NCBI RefSeq assembly: GCF_009914755.1
Contig: NC_060945.1
Source: the human T2T-CHM13v2.0 reference genome, Homo sapiens
Length of the DNA stretch: 64,000 nucleotides
Reading direction: 5' to 3' (one strand)
The position numbers and the translations under genes were made by a program. The notes beneath the pieces are model-generated. The model worked only from the letters and a program-made list of their open reading frames with translations, did no database searches and was not told where the DNA came from. How positions within the stretch are numbered: the stretch's first letter is position 1; every line of letters begins with the position of its first letter. Positions 38,601 to 55,885 of the stretch are shown here, piece by piece.

Positions 38601-41600
38601 AAAGAGTGTTTTGAAACTGCTCAACCATAAGATAGGTTCAACCTTGTGAGATGAATGCACACAACACAAAGTAGTTTCTCAGAATGTTTTTGTGTAGTTT
38701 TTATTTGAAGATATTTCCTTTTCCACCATAGGCCACAAAGGGCTCCAAACTTCCACTTGCAGATTCTACAAAAAGAGAGATTCAAAACTGTTCAATCAAA
38801 AGATAGTTTCAACTCTGCGTGTTGAATGCACACATCACAAAGAAGTTTCTCTGAATGCTTCTGTGTTGTGTTTGTTTATGTGAAGATATTTGCTTTTCCA
38901 CTATAGGACGAAATAGGGCTCCAAATATCCACTTGCAGATTCTGCAAAAAGGGAGATTCAAAACTGTGCAATCAAAAGATAAGTTCTACTATGTGAGTTG
39001 AAGGCACACAAAACAAAGAAGCTTCTCAGAATGCCTCTGTGTAGTTTTTATGTGAATATATTTGATTTTCCACAGCAGGCCTCAAAGGGCTCCAAATATC
39101 CACTTTCAGATTCTGAAATAAGAGAGATTCAAAACTGCTCAATCAAATGATAGGTTCAACTCAGTGAGTTGAATGCACACCTCACAAAGAAGTTTTTCAT
39201 AAAGTTTCTGTGTAGTTTTTATGTGAAGACATCTCCTTCTCCAAAATAGGCTTCAAAGACCTCCAAATATGCACTTCCAGATTCTATGAAAAGAGTGTTT
39301 CAAAACTGCTCAATCCAAAGAAATGTTCAACACTGTGTGATGAATGCCCTCATCACAAAGAAGTTTCTCTGAATGCTTCTGTGTATTTTGTATTTGAAGA
39401 TGATATTTCCTTTTCCACCATAGGGCTCATAGGGTTCCAAATATCCACTTGCAGATTCTACAAAAAGAGTGTTCCAAAACTGCTCAATCAAAAGAAACGC
39501 CCAACACTGTGAGATGAATGCACACATCAAAAAGTAGTTTCTCAGAATGCTTCTGTGTAGTTTTTATGTGAAGACATTTGCTTTTCCACAGAAGGTCTCA
39601 AAGTGCTCCAAATATCCACTTGCAGATTCTACAAAATGAGTGTTTAAAAACTGCTCAATCATTAGATAGGTTCAACCCTGTGAGATGAATCCACACATAA
39701 CAAAGTAGTTTTTCAGAATGTTTCTATGTAGTTTTTATTTGAAGGTATTTCCTTTTCCAACATAAGTCGCAAGGGGCTCCAAATATCCACTTGCAGATTC
39801 TACAAAAAGAGTGTTTCAAAACTGCTCCATCAAACGAACAGTTCAACTCTGTGTGATGAATGCACTCACCACAAGGAAGTTTCTCTGAATGCTTCTGTGT
39901 ATTATTTATATGAAAATATTTCCTTTTCCACCATGGGCCGCAAAGGGCTCCAAATATCCACTTGCAGATTCTACAAAAAGGGAGATTCAAAACTGCTCAA
40001 TTAAAAGATAGGTTCCACTCTGTGAGTTGAAAGTACAAATGACAAAGGAGTTTCTCAGAATGCTTTTGTGCAGTTTTTTGGGAAGATATTTGATTTCCAC
40101 AGTAGGCTTCAAAGCCCTCTGAATATCCTCCTGCAGATTCTGCAAAAATAGAGATTCAAAACTGCTCAATCAAAAGATAGGTTAAACTCTGTGAGTTGAA
40201 TGCACACATTAAAAAAAGTTTCTCAGAATGCTTCTGTGTAGTTTTTTTGTGAAGATATTTGATTTTCCAGAGTACGCATCAAGTCGCTCCAAATATCCAC
40301 TTGCAGATTCTATAATGAGTTTTTCAAAACTACTCAATCAAACGTAACGTTCAATTCTGTGTGACAAATGCACACATCACAAAGAATTTTCTCAGAATGA
40401 TTCTGTGTAGTTCTTATGGGAAGACATTTCCTTTTCCAACATCTGCCACAAAGGGCTCCACCTCTGCGAGTTGAATGCACTCATCACAAACAGATTCTCA
40501 GAATGCTTCTGTGTAGATTTATGGGAAGATATTTCCTTTTCCACCATAGGCTTCAAAGTGCTCCAAATATTCACTTGCAGTTTTGACAAAGATAGAATTT
40601 CACAACTGCTCAAACAAAAGAAAGGTTCAACTCTCTGAGATGAAAGCACACATCAAAAAGAAGTTTCTCAGAAGCTTTCTGTGTAGTTTTTATGTGAAGA
40701 TATTTCCTTTTCCACCATAGCCCTCAAAGATCTCCAAATATCCACTTACAGATTGTACAAAAAGAGAGGTTCAAACTGGTCTATAAGAAGATACATTCAA
40801 CTCTTTGAGTTGAATGCACACATCACAAATAAGTTTCTCAGAATGATACTGTGCAGTTTTTATGTGAAGATATTTCCTTTTCCACCATAGGCTGCAAAGG
40901 GCTCCAAATATCCACTTGCAGATTCTACAAAAAGAGAGTTTCAAAACTGCTCTATCAAAATACATGTTCAACTCTCTGATATGAATGCACACATCACAAA
41001 GAAATTTCTCAGAATGCCCCTTTGTAGTTTTTATGTGAAGATATTTCCTTTTACACAGTAGATCCCAAAGCGCTCCATATATCCACTTGCAGATACTACA
41101 AAAAGAGTGTTCCCAAACTGCTCAATCAAAGAGAGGTTCCACCCTGTGAGATAAATGCACACATCACAAAAAAGTTTCTCAGAATATCTCTGTGTAGTTT
41201 TCATGTGAAGATAATTCCTTTTCCACTGTAGGCCTCAAAGCGCTTCAGATATCCACTTGCAGGTTCTACAAAAAGAGTGTTTCAAAACTGCTCAATAAAA
41301 AGAAAGGTTCAGCTCTAAGAGATGAATGCGCACATCACAAAGAAGTTACTCAGAATGCTTCTGTGTAGTTTTTATGCTGAAGATATTTCCTTTTCCACAA
41401 TAGGCCTCAAAGCTCTCCAAGTATCCACTTGCAGATTTTAATAAAATAGAGTTTCCAAACTGCTCAATCAAAAGAGAGGTTCACCTCTGTGAGATGAATG
41501 CCCACATCACAAAGAATTTTCTCAGAATGCTTCTGTGTAGTTTTTATGAGATGATATTTCCTTTTCCAAAATGAGCCACAAAGGGCTCCAAATGTCCATT

Positions 41601-41997
41601 TGCAGATTCTACATAAAGAGGGTATCAAAACTGCTCAGTAAAAGGAAAGGTTTAACTCTTTGAGATGAACGCACACGTAACAAAGAAGTTTCTGAGAATG
41701 CATCCTTGTAGTTTTTATGGAAAGATATCTCCTTTTCCACCATCGGCCACATGTGGCTCCAAGTATCCACTTTGAGATCATATGAAAAGAGTGTTTCAAA
41801 ACATTTCAATCTAATGCAATATTCAACACTGTGAAATGAATGCACACATCAGAAATAAGTTTCTCAGAATGCTTCTGTGTGGTTTTTAGGTGAAGATATT
41901 TCCTTTTCCACCATAGGCAACAAAGGGCTCCAAATATGCACTTGGAGATTCTACATAAAGAGAGTTTCAAAACTGCTCTATGAAAAGATGGGTTCAG
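32631..41997 (-). repeat. Alpha satellite, divergent, layer C
   Basis: Signature CTTCTGTGTAGT / TTTTCCAC(C/A)ATAGG / AAATATCCACTTGCAG / AAAAGATAGGTTCAAC. Confidence 0.97.
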
Positions 41998-42000
41998 GTT

Positions 42001-42902
42001 GGGGAGGAGCCAAGATGGTCGAATAGGAATAGCTCTGGTCTACAGCTCCCAGCGTGAGTGACACAGAAGACAGGTGATTTCTGCATTTCCATCTGAGGTA
42101 CCAGGTTCATCTCACTAGGGAGTGCCAGAGAGTGGGCGCAGGTCAGTGGGTGTACGCACCATGCATGAGCCAAAGCAGGGCAAGGCATTGCCTCACTCAG
42201 GAAGTGCAAGGGGTCAGGGAGTTCCCTTTCCTAGTCAAAGAAAGGGGTGACAGACAGTACCTGGAAAGTCGGGTCACTCCCATCCAAATACTGCACTTTT
42301 CCGATAGGTTTAAAAAACGGCACACCACGAGATTATATCCTGCACATGGCTCAGAGGGTCCTACTCCCAAGGAGTCTCACTGATTGCTAGCACAGCAGTC
42401 TGAGATCAAACTGCAAGGCAGCAGCGAGGCTGGGGGAGGGGTGCCCGCCATTGTCCAGGCTTGCTTAGGTAAACAAAGCAGCCAGGAAGCTGGAACTGGG
42501 TGGAGCCCACCACAGCTCAAGGAGGCCTGCCTGTCTCTGTGAGCTCCACCTCTGGGGGCAGGGCACAGACAAACAAAAAGACAGCAGAAACCTCTGCAGA
42601 TTTAAATGTCCCTGTCTGACAGCTTTGAAGAGAGCAGTGGTTCTCCCAGTACGCAGCTGGAGATCTGAGAAGGGACAGACTGCCTCCTCAAGTGGGTGCC
42701 TGACCCCTGACCCCCAGCAGCCTAACTGGGAGGCACCCCCCAACAGGGGCACATTGACACTTCATATGGCAGGGTACTCCAACAGAACTGCAGCTGAGGG
42801 TCCTGTCTGTTAGAAGGAAAACTAACAAACAGAAAGGACACCCACACCAAAAACCCATCTGTACATCACCATCAAAGACCAAAAGTAGCTAAAACCACAA
42901 AG
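42001..42902 (+). promoter_or_regulatory. L1 5' UTR internal promoter, CpG-depleted; YY1 site variant CAAGATGGTC at 42011-42020
   Basis: 902 bp from the L1 5' end to the ORF1 ATG at 42903; collinear with the primate L1PA 5' UTR. Confidence 0.85.
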
Positions 42903-43875
42903 ATGGGGCAAAAACAGAACAGAAAAACTGGAAACTCTAAAAAGCAGAGCGCCTCTCCTCCTCCAAAGGAACGCAGTTCCTCACCAGCAACAGAACAAAG
43001 CTGGACGGAGAATGACTTTGACAAGCTGAGAGAAGAAGGCTTCAGACAATCAAATTACTCAGAGCTACGGGAGGACATTCAAACCAAAGGCAAATAAGTT
43101 GAAAACTTTGAAAAAAATTTAGAAGAATGAATAACTAGAATAACCAATACAGAGAAGTGCTTAAAGGAGCTCATGGACCTGAAAACCAAGGCTCAAGTAC
43201 TATGTGAAGAATGCAGAAGCCTCAGGAGCTGATGTGATCAACTGGAAGAAAGGGCATCAGTGATGGAAGATGAAATGAATGAAATGAAGTGAGAAGGGAA
43301 GTTTAGAGAAAAAAGAATAAAAAGAAATGAGCAAAGCCTCCAAGAAATATGGGAGTAGGTGAAAAGACCAAATCTACGTCTGATTGGTGTATCTGAAAAT
43401 GATGGGGAGAATGGAACCAAATTGGAAAACACTCTGCAGGATATTATCCAGAAGTTCCCCATTCTAGCAAGGCAGTCCAACATTCAGATTCAGAAAATAC
43501 AGAGAATGCCACAAAGATACTCCTTAAGAAGAGCAACTCCAAGACACATAATTGTCAGATTCACCAAAGTTGAAATGAAGGAAAAAATGCTAAGGGCAGG
43601 CAGAGAGAAAGGTCGGGTTACCCTCAAAGGGAAGCCCATCAGACTAACAGCGGATCTCTCAGCAGAAACCCTACAAACCAGAAGAGAGTGGGGGCCAATA
43701 TTCAACATTCTTAAAGAAAAGAATTTTCAACACAGAATTTCATATCCAGCCAAACTAAGCTTCCTAAGTGAAAGAGAAATAAAATACTTTACAGACAAGC
43801 AAATGCTGAGAGATTTTGTCACCACCAGGCCTGCCCTAAAAGAGCTCCTGAAGGAAGCGCTAAACATGGAAAGGA

Positions 43876-47679
<3,804 letters not shown>

Positions 47680-47959
47680 ACAATGAGATCACATGGACAC
47701 AGGAAGGGGAACATCACACTCTGGGGACTGATGAGGGGTGGGGGGAGGGGGGAGGGATAGCATTAGGAGATATACCTAATGCTAGATGACAAGTTAGTGG
47801 GTGCAGTGCACCAGCATGGCACATGTATACATATGTAACTAACCTGCACAATGTGCACATGTACCCTAAAACTTACAGTATAATAATAAAAGAAAAAAAC
47901 TTAAACCAAAAAAAATTTTAGCAAGTTTTAAATCAATTTACTACCTGTATTTTAGGTTA

Positions 47960-47965
47960 AATAAA
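47960..47965 (+). terminator. AATAAA polyadenylation signal of the transduced flank
   Basis: AATAAA followed by ATTAAA, ending 15 nt before the terminal A tract that starts at 47981. Confidence 0.7.
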
Positions 47966-47996
47966 ATTAAATCCGCAATTAAAAAAAAAAAGAAAA

Positions 47997-50900
47997 GAAA
48001 AGATGGGTTCAGCTCTGTGAGTTGAATGCACACATCACAAAGAAGTTTCTCAGAATGCTTCTGTGTATTTTTTTGTGTGAAGATATTTCCTTTTCCACAA
48101 TGGACCTCAAAGCGCTCCAAATATCCACTTGTAGAATCTACAAAAGAGTGTTTCAAAACTGCTCAATAAATTGAATTGTTCAAGTCTGTCAGGTAAATGC
48201 ACACATCACAAAGTAGTTTCCCAGAATGCATCTGTGTAGTTTTTATGGGAAGATATTTTCTTTTTCACGATCGGCCACAAATGGCTCCAAATAACCACCT
48301 GCATTTTCTACAAAGAGAGTTTCAAAACTGCTCTATCAAAAGATAAGTTAAACTCGGTGAGTTGAATGCACACATCACAAAGAAGTTTCACAGAACGCTT
48401 CTGTGTAGTTTTTATGGGAAGATATTTCCTTTTCCACCATAAGCCTCAAAGCGCTCCAAATATCCAAGTGGAGATTAAAAAAAAAAAAAAGAGTGTTTCA
48501 CAACTGCTCAATGAATTGCAAGGTTCAACACTGTAAGATGAACACACACATCACAAAGAAGTTACTTCTAATGATTCTTGGTCGTTTTTATGGAAAGATA
48601 TTTCATTGTCCACCACCGGCCACAAAGAGCTCCAAATAACCAGTTGCAGATTCAACAAAAAGAGAGTTTCAAAACTGTTCTATCAAAAGAAAGGTTCAAC
48701 TTTGTGAGTTGAATGCACACATCACAAAGAAGATTCTCAGTATGCTTCTGTGTAGTTTTTATGTGAAAATATTACTTTTTCCGGGTTTCAAAACTGCTCT
48801 ATGAATAGATAGTTTCAGCTCTCTTAGATGAATGCACACATCATGAAGAAGTTTCTCAGAATTATTACTCCATGTAGTTTTTTTGTGAAGATATTTTTTA
48901 TTCCACTATAGGCCTCAAAGCGCTCCAAATATCCACTTGCAGTTTCTACAGAAAGAGTGTCTAAAAACTGCTCAATCAAGAGAAAATTTCAAATGTGTGA
49001 GATGCATGCACACATCACAAAGAAGTTTCTCAGAATGCTTCTGTGTAGTTTTTACGTGAAGACATTTCCTTTTCCATAATTGACCTGAAATCGCTCCAAA
49101 TATCCTCTTGCAGATTCTACAAAAAGAGTGTTTCAAAACTGCTCAATCACAAGAAAGGTTCAACTCTGTGAGACGAATGCACACATTACAAAGAAGTTTC
49201 TCAGAATACTTCTGTGTAGTTTTTAAAGTGAAGATATTTCCATTTCCACATTAGGCCTGAAAGAGCTCCAAATATCCACTTGAGGGTTCTACAAAAAGAG
49301 TGTTTCCAAACTGCTCACTCAAAAGAGAGATTCAACTCTGTGAGATGAAAGCACACATCACAAAGAAGTTTCTCAGAATGCTTCTGCGTAGTTTTTATGT
49401 GGAGATATTTCCTTTTCCACCATTGGCCACAAAGGACTCCAAATATCCATTGCAGATACTACAAAAAGAGAGTTTCGAAACTTCTCTATCAAAAGATAGG
49501 TTCAGCTCTGTGAGATGAATGCACACATCTCAAAGTAATTTCTCAGAATGCTTCTGTATAGTATTTATGTGAAAATATTTCCTTTTCCACATTAGGCCTC
49601 AAAGTGCTCCAAATATCCACTTGCAGATTCTACAAAAAGACTGCTTCAAAACCACTCAATCAAAAAAATGTTTCAACTCTGAGTGATGAATACACACATC
49701 ACAAAGTTGTTTCTCAGAATACTTCTGTGTCATTTTTATGTGAAGATATATCCTTTTCCACAAAAGGCCTTCAAGGACTTCAAATATCCACTTGCAGATC
49801 CTACTAAAAGCGTGTTTCCAAACTGCCCAATCAAAAGAAAAGTTCAACTCTGTGAGAGGAATGGACACATCACAAAGAATTTTCTCAGAATGCTCCTGTG
49901 TTGTTTTTATGTGAAGCTATTTCCTTTTCCAAAATAGGACCCAAACCGCTCCAAATATCCACTTGCAGATTCTCCAAAAAGACTATTTGAGAACTGCTCA
50001 ATCAATTGAAATGTTCAACTCAGTGAGACGAATGCACACATCACAGCGAAGCTCCTCAGAAGGCCTCTGTGTAGTTTTTCTGTGAAGATATTTCCATTTG
50101 CACAATAGGCCTCAAAGCGCTCCAAATATCCACTTTCAGATTCTACAAAAAGAGTGTTTCCGAACAGCTCAATCAACAGAGAGATTCAACTCTGTGAGAT
50201 GAATGCACACATCACAAAGTAGTTTCCCATAATTCTTCTCTGTAGTTTTTACGTGAAGATAAATCCTTTTCCACCATAGGCTGCAAAGGGCTCCAAATAT
50301 CCACTTGCAGATTCTAAAAAAAGAGAGTTTCAAAACTGCTCTATCAAAAGATAAATTCAACCCCGTGAATTGAATGCACACATAACAAAGAAGTTTCTCA
50401 GAATGCTTCTGTGTAGTTTTTATGTTAAGATATTACCTTTTAGACAATAGGCTCAAAGAGCTCCAGTTATCTACTTGCAGGTTCTACAAAAAGAGTGTTT
50501 CCCAACTGCTCAATCAAAGAGAGGTTCAACTCTTTGGGATGAATGTGCACATCACAAACTAGTTTCTCAGAATTTTTCTCTGTAGTTTTTAGGTGAAGAT
50601 ATATCCTTTTCCACCATAGACTGCAAAGGGCCCCAAATATCCACCTGCAGATTCTACAAAAAGAGAGTTTGAAAACTGCTTAAAAAAAAGATAGGTTCAA
50701 CTCTGTGAGATGAATGCACACATCACAAAGAAGTTTCTCAGAATGTTTCTATGTAGTTTTTATGTGAAGATATTTCCTTTTCCACCATAGGCCACAAAGG
50801 ACTCTTAACATCCACTTGCAGGTTCTACAAAAAGAGAGTTTCAAAACTGCTCTACCAAAAGATAGGTTCAACTCTGTGAGGTGATTGCACATATCTCAAA

Positions 50901-53900
50901 GAAATTTCTCAGAATGCTTCTGTCTAGTTTTTACGTGAAGATATTTCCTTTTAAACCAGAGGCCTCAAAGTGCTCAAAATATCCACCTGGAGATCCTATG
51001 AAAAGAGTGTTTCAAAACATCTCTATCAAAGGAAATGTTCAACTCTGTGTGTTGAATGCACACATCACAAAGTAGTTTCTCAGAATGTTTCTGTGTAGTT
51101 TTTATGTGAAGATATTTCGTTTTCCACCGTAAGCCACAAAGGGCTCCAAATATTCACTTGCAGATACTACAAAAAGAGAATTTCAAAACAGCTCTATCAA
51201 AAGATAGGTTCAACACTGTGAGATGAATACATACATCACAAAGAAGTTTCTAATAATCCTTCCGTGTAGCTTTTATGAGAAGATATTTCCTTTACTGCCA
51301 TGTGACACAAAGCACTCAAAATATCCACTTGCAGATCCTATAAAAAGAGTGTTTCAAAACTGCTTAATCAAAGGAAGTTTCTACACTGTGAGATGAATGC
51401 ACACATCACAAAAAAATTTCTCAGAATGCTTCTGTGTAGTTTTTATTGGAAGATAATCCCTTTTCCACCATAGGCAGAAAAGGGCTCAAATACCCACTTG
51501 CAGATTCTACAGAAACAGAGTTTTGAAACTTCTCTATCAAAAGATAGGTTCAACTCTGTGAGATGTATGCACACATCACAAAGAAGTTTCTCAGAATGCT
51601 TCTATGTAGTTTTTATATGAAGATATTTCCTTTTCCACAATAGGCCTCAAAAGACTCCAAATATCCACTTGCAGATACTAGAAAAATAGTGTTTCAAAAA
51701 TGCTTAATCAAATGAAAGGTTCAACTCTGTGAGATGAAGACAAACATCACAAAGTAGTTTTTCAGAATGCTTCTGTTTATTTTTTATGGGAAGATATTTC
51801 TTTTTCCACCATCTGCCGCAAAGGGCGCAAAATAGCCACTTGCAGATTCTTCGAAAACACAGATAGAAGATTGCTCTATCAAAATATAGTTTCAACTCTG
51901 TGAGTTGAATGCCGACATCACAAAGAAGTTTCTCAGAATGCTTCTGTGTAGTTTTTATTTGAAGATGTTTCCTTTTCCTCCATTGGCTTCAAAGCGTAAC
52001 AAATATCCAATTGCACACTCTACAAAAAGAGAGTTTCAATACTGCTGTATCAAAAATAGGTTCAACTCTTTGAGTTGAATGCACACATCACAAATTAGTT
52101 TCTGAGAATTCTTCTGTGTTGTTTTTCTGTGAAGATATTTCCATTTCCACAATAGGACTCAAAGCGCTCCAAATATCCACTTTCAGGTTCTACAAAAAGA
52201 GTGTCTCCAAACAGCTCAATCAACAGAGAGACTCAACTCTGTGAGATGAATGCACACACCACAAAAAACTTTCTCAGAATGCTTCTGTGTATTTTTTATG
52301 TGAAGATATTTCCTTTTCCACCATAGGCCACAAAGGGCTCCAAATATCCAGTTGCATATTCTACATAAAGAGATTTTAAAAACTGCTCTATCAAAAGATA
52401 GGTTCAACCATGTGAGTTGAATACACACATCACAAAGAAGTTTCTCAGAATGCTTCTGTGTAGTTTTTAGGTTAAGATATTTCCTTTTCAACAATAGACC
52501 TCAAAGCGCTCCAATTATACACTTGCAGGTTCTACAAAAAGTGTTTCCCAACTGCTCAATCAAGGGGAAGTTCAACTCTGTGAGATGAATGCACACATCA
52601 CAAAGTAGTTTCTCAGAATTCTTCCCTGTATTTTATATGTGAAGATACATCCTTTTCCACCATAGTCCACAAAGGGCTCCAAATATACAGTTGCAGATTC
52701 TACTAAAAGAGAGTTTCAAAACTGCTCTATTAAAAGATAGGTTCAACTCTGTGAGATGATTGCACACATCACAAAGAAGTTTCTCAGAATGTTTCTGTGT
52801 AGTTTTTATGTGAAGATATTTCCTTTTCCACCATAGACCGCAAAGTGCTCTTAACATCCACTTGCAGGTTCTACAAAAAGTGAGTTTCAAAACTACTCTA
52901 TCAAAAGATAGGTTCAACTCTGTGAGATGATTGCACACATCAGAAAGGAATTTCTCAGAATGCTTCTGTGGAGTTTTTACGTGAAGATATTTCCTTTTAC
53001 ACCAGAGGCCTCAAAGTGCTCCAAATATCCACTTGGAGATTCTACGAAAAGAGTGTTTCAAAACTGCTCTATCAAAAGAAAGGTTCAACTCTGTGAGTTG
53101 AATGCACAAATCACAAAGAAGTTTCTCAGAATGCTTCTATGTAGTTTTTATGTGAAGATATTTCGTTTTCCACCATAGGCCACAAAGGGCTCCAAATATC
53201 CACTTGCAGATACTACAAAAAGAGAATTTCAAAACTGCTCTATCAAAAGAAAGGTTCAACACTGAGATGAATACATACATCACAAAGTAGTTACTCATAA
53301 TGCTTCTGTGTAGCTTTTATGTGAAGATATTTCCTTTTCCACCGTAGGCCTCAAAGCGCTCCAAATATCTTCTATCAGATTCTACAAAAAGAGGGTTTCA
53401 AAGCTGCTCAATCAAATGAAAGGTTCACAGCTGTGAGATGAATGCGCACATCACAAATGAGTTTCTCAGAATGCTTCTGTGTAGTTTTTATGTGAAGATA
53501 TTTCCTTTTCCAACATAGGACGCAAAGGGTTCCCAATATCCACTTGCAGATTCGACACAAAGAGAGTTTCAAAACTGCTCTATCAAAAGATAAGTTCAAC
53601 ACTGTGAGATGAATGCACACACCACAAAGAAGTTTCTCAGAATGCTTCTGTAGAGTTTTTATATGAAGATGTTTCCTTTTCCACCATAGGCTTCAAAGCG
53701 CTCCAAATATCCACTTGCAGATTCAACAAAAAGAGGGTTTCCAAACTGCTCAATCAAAAGAAAAGTTCAACTCTGTGAGATGAATGCACACATCACAAAG
53801 AAGTTTCTCAGAATGTTTCTGTGTAGTTTTTGTGTGAAGATATTTCCTTTTCCACCATAGGCCTCAAAGCACTCCAAATATCCACCTGCAGATTCTACAA

Positions 53901-54513
53901 AAAGAATGTTTCAAAACTGCTAAATCCAAAGAAAGCTTCAACTCTGTGAGATGAATGCACACATCACAAAGAAGTTTCTCAGAATGCTTCTGTGTAGATT
54001 TATGTGAAGACATTTCCTTTTCCATAATAGGCCTCAAAGCGCTCCAAATATCCACTTGCAGATTCTGCAAAAAGAGTGTTTCCGAACTGCTCAATGAAAA
54101 CAAAGTTTCAACTCTGTGAGATGAATGCACACATCACAACGGAGATTCTCAGAATGCTTCTGTGCAGTTGTTAGGTGAAGATATTTCCTTTTCCAACATA
54201 GGCCTCAAAGCGCTGCAACTATCCACATGCAGATTCTACAAAAGTGAGTTTCAAAACTGCTCTATCAAAAGATAGGTGCAACTGTAAGAGTTGAATGTAC
54301 GCATCACAAAGAAGTTTCTCAGAATGCTTCTGTGTAGTTTTTATGTGAAGATGTTTCCTTTTCCACCATAGACCTCAAAGCTCTCCTAATATCCACTTGC
54401 AGATTGTACAAAAAGATTGTTTCAAAACTGCTCATTCAAATGAAAGTTTCAACTCTGTGAGATGAATGCCCACATCACAAAGAAATTTCTCAGAATGCTT
54501 CTGTGTAGTTTTT
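47997..54513 (-). repeat. Alpha satellite, layer C
   Basis: ~171-bp monomers resuming at the L1 TSD. Confidence 0.97.

Positions 54514-55880
<1,367 letters not shown>

Positions 55881-55885
<5 letters not shown>

Noticed and set aside
42377-42451. L1 antisense ORF0
   Set aside because: The ATG is present (42451-42449, minus strand), but codon 25 is TGA, so it is truncated.
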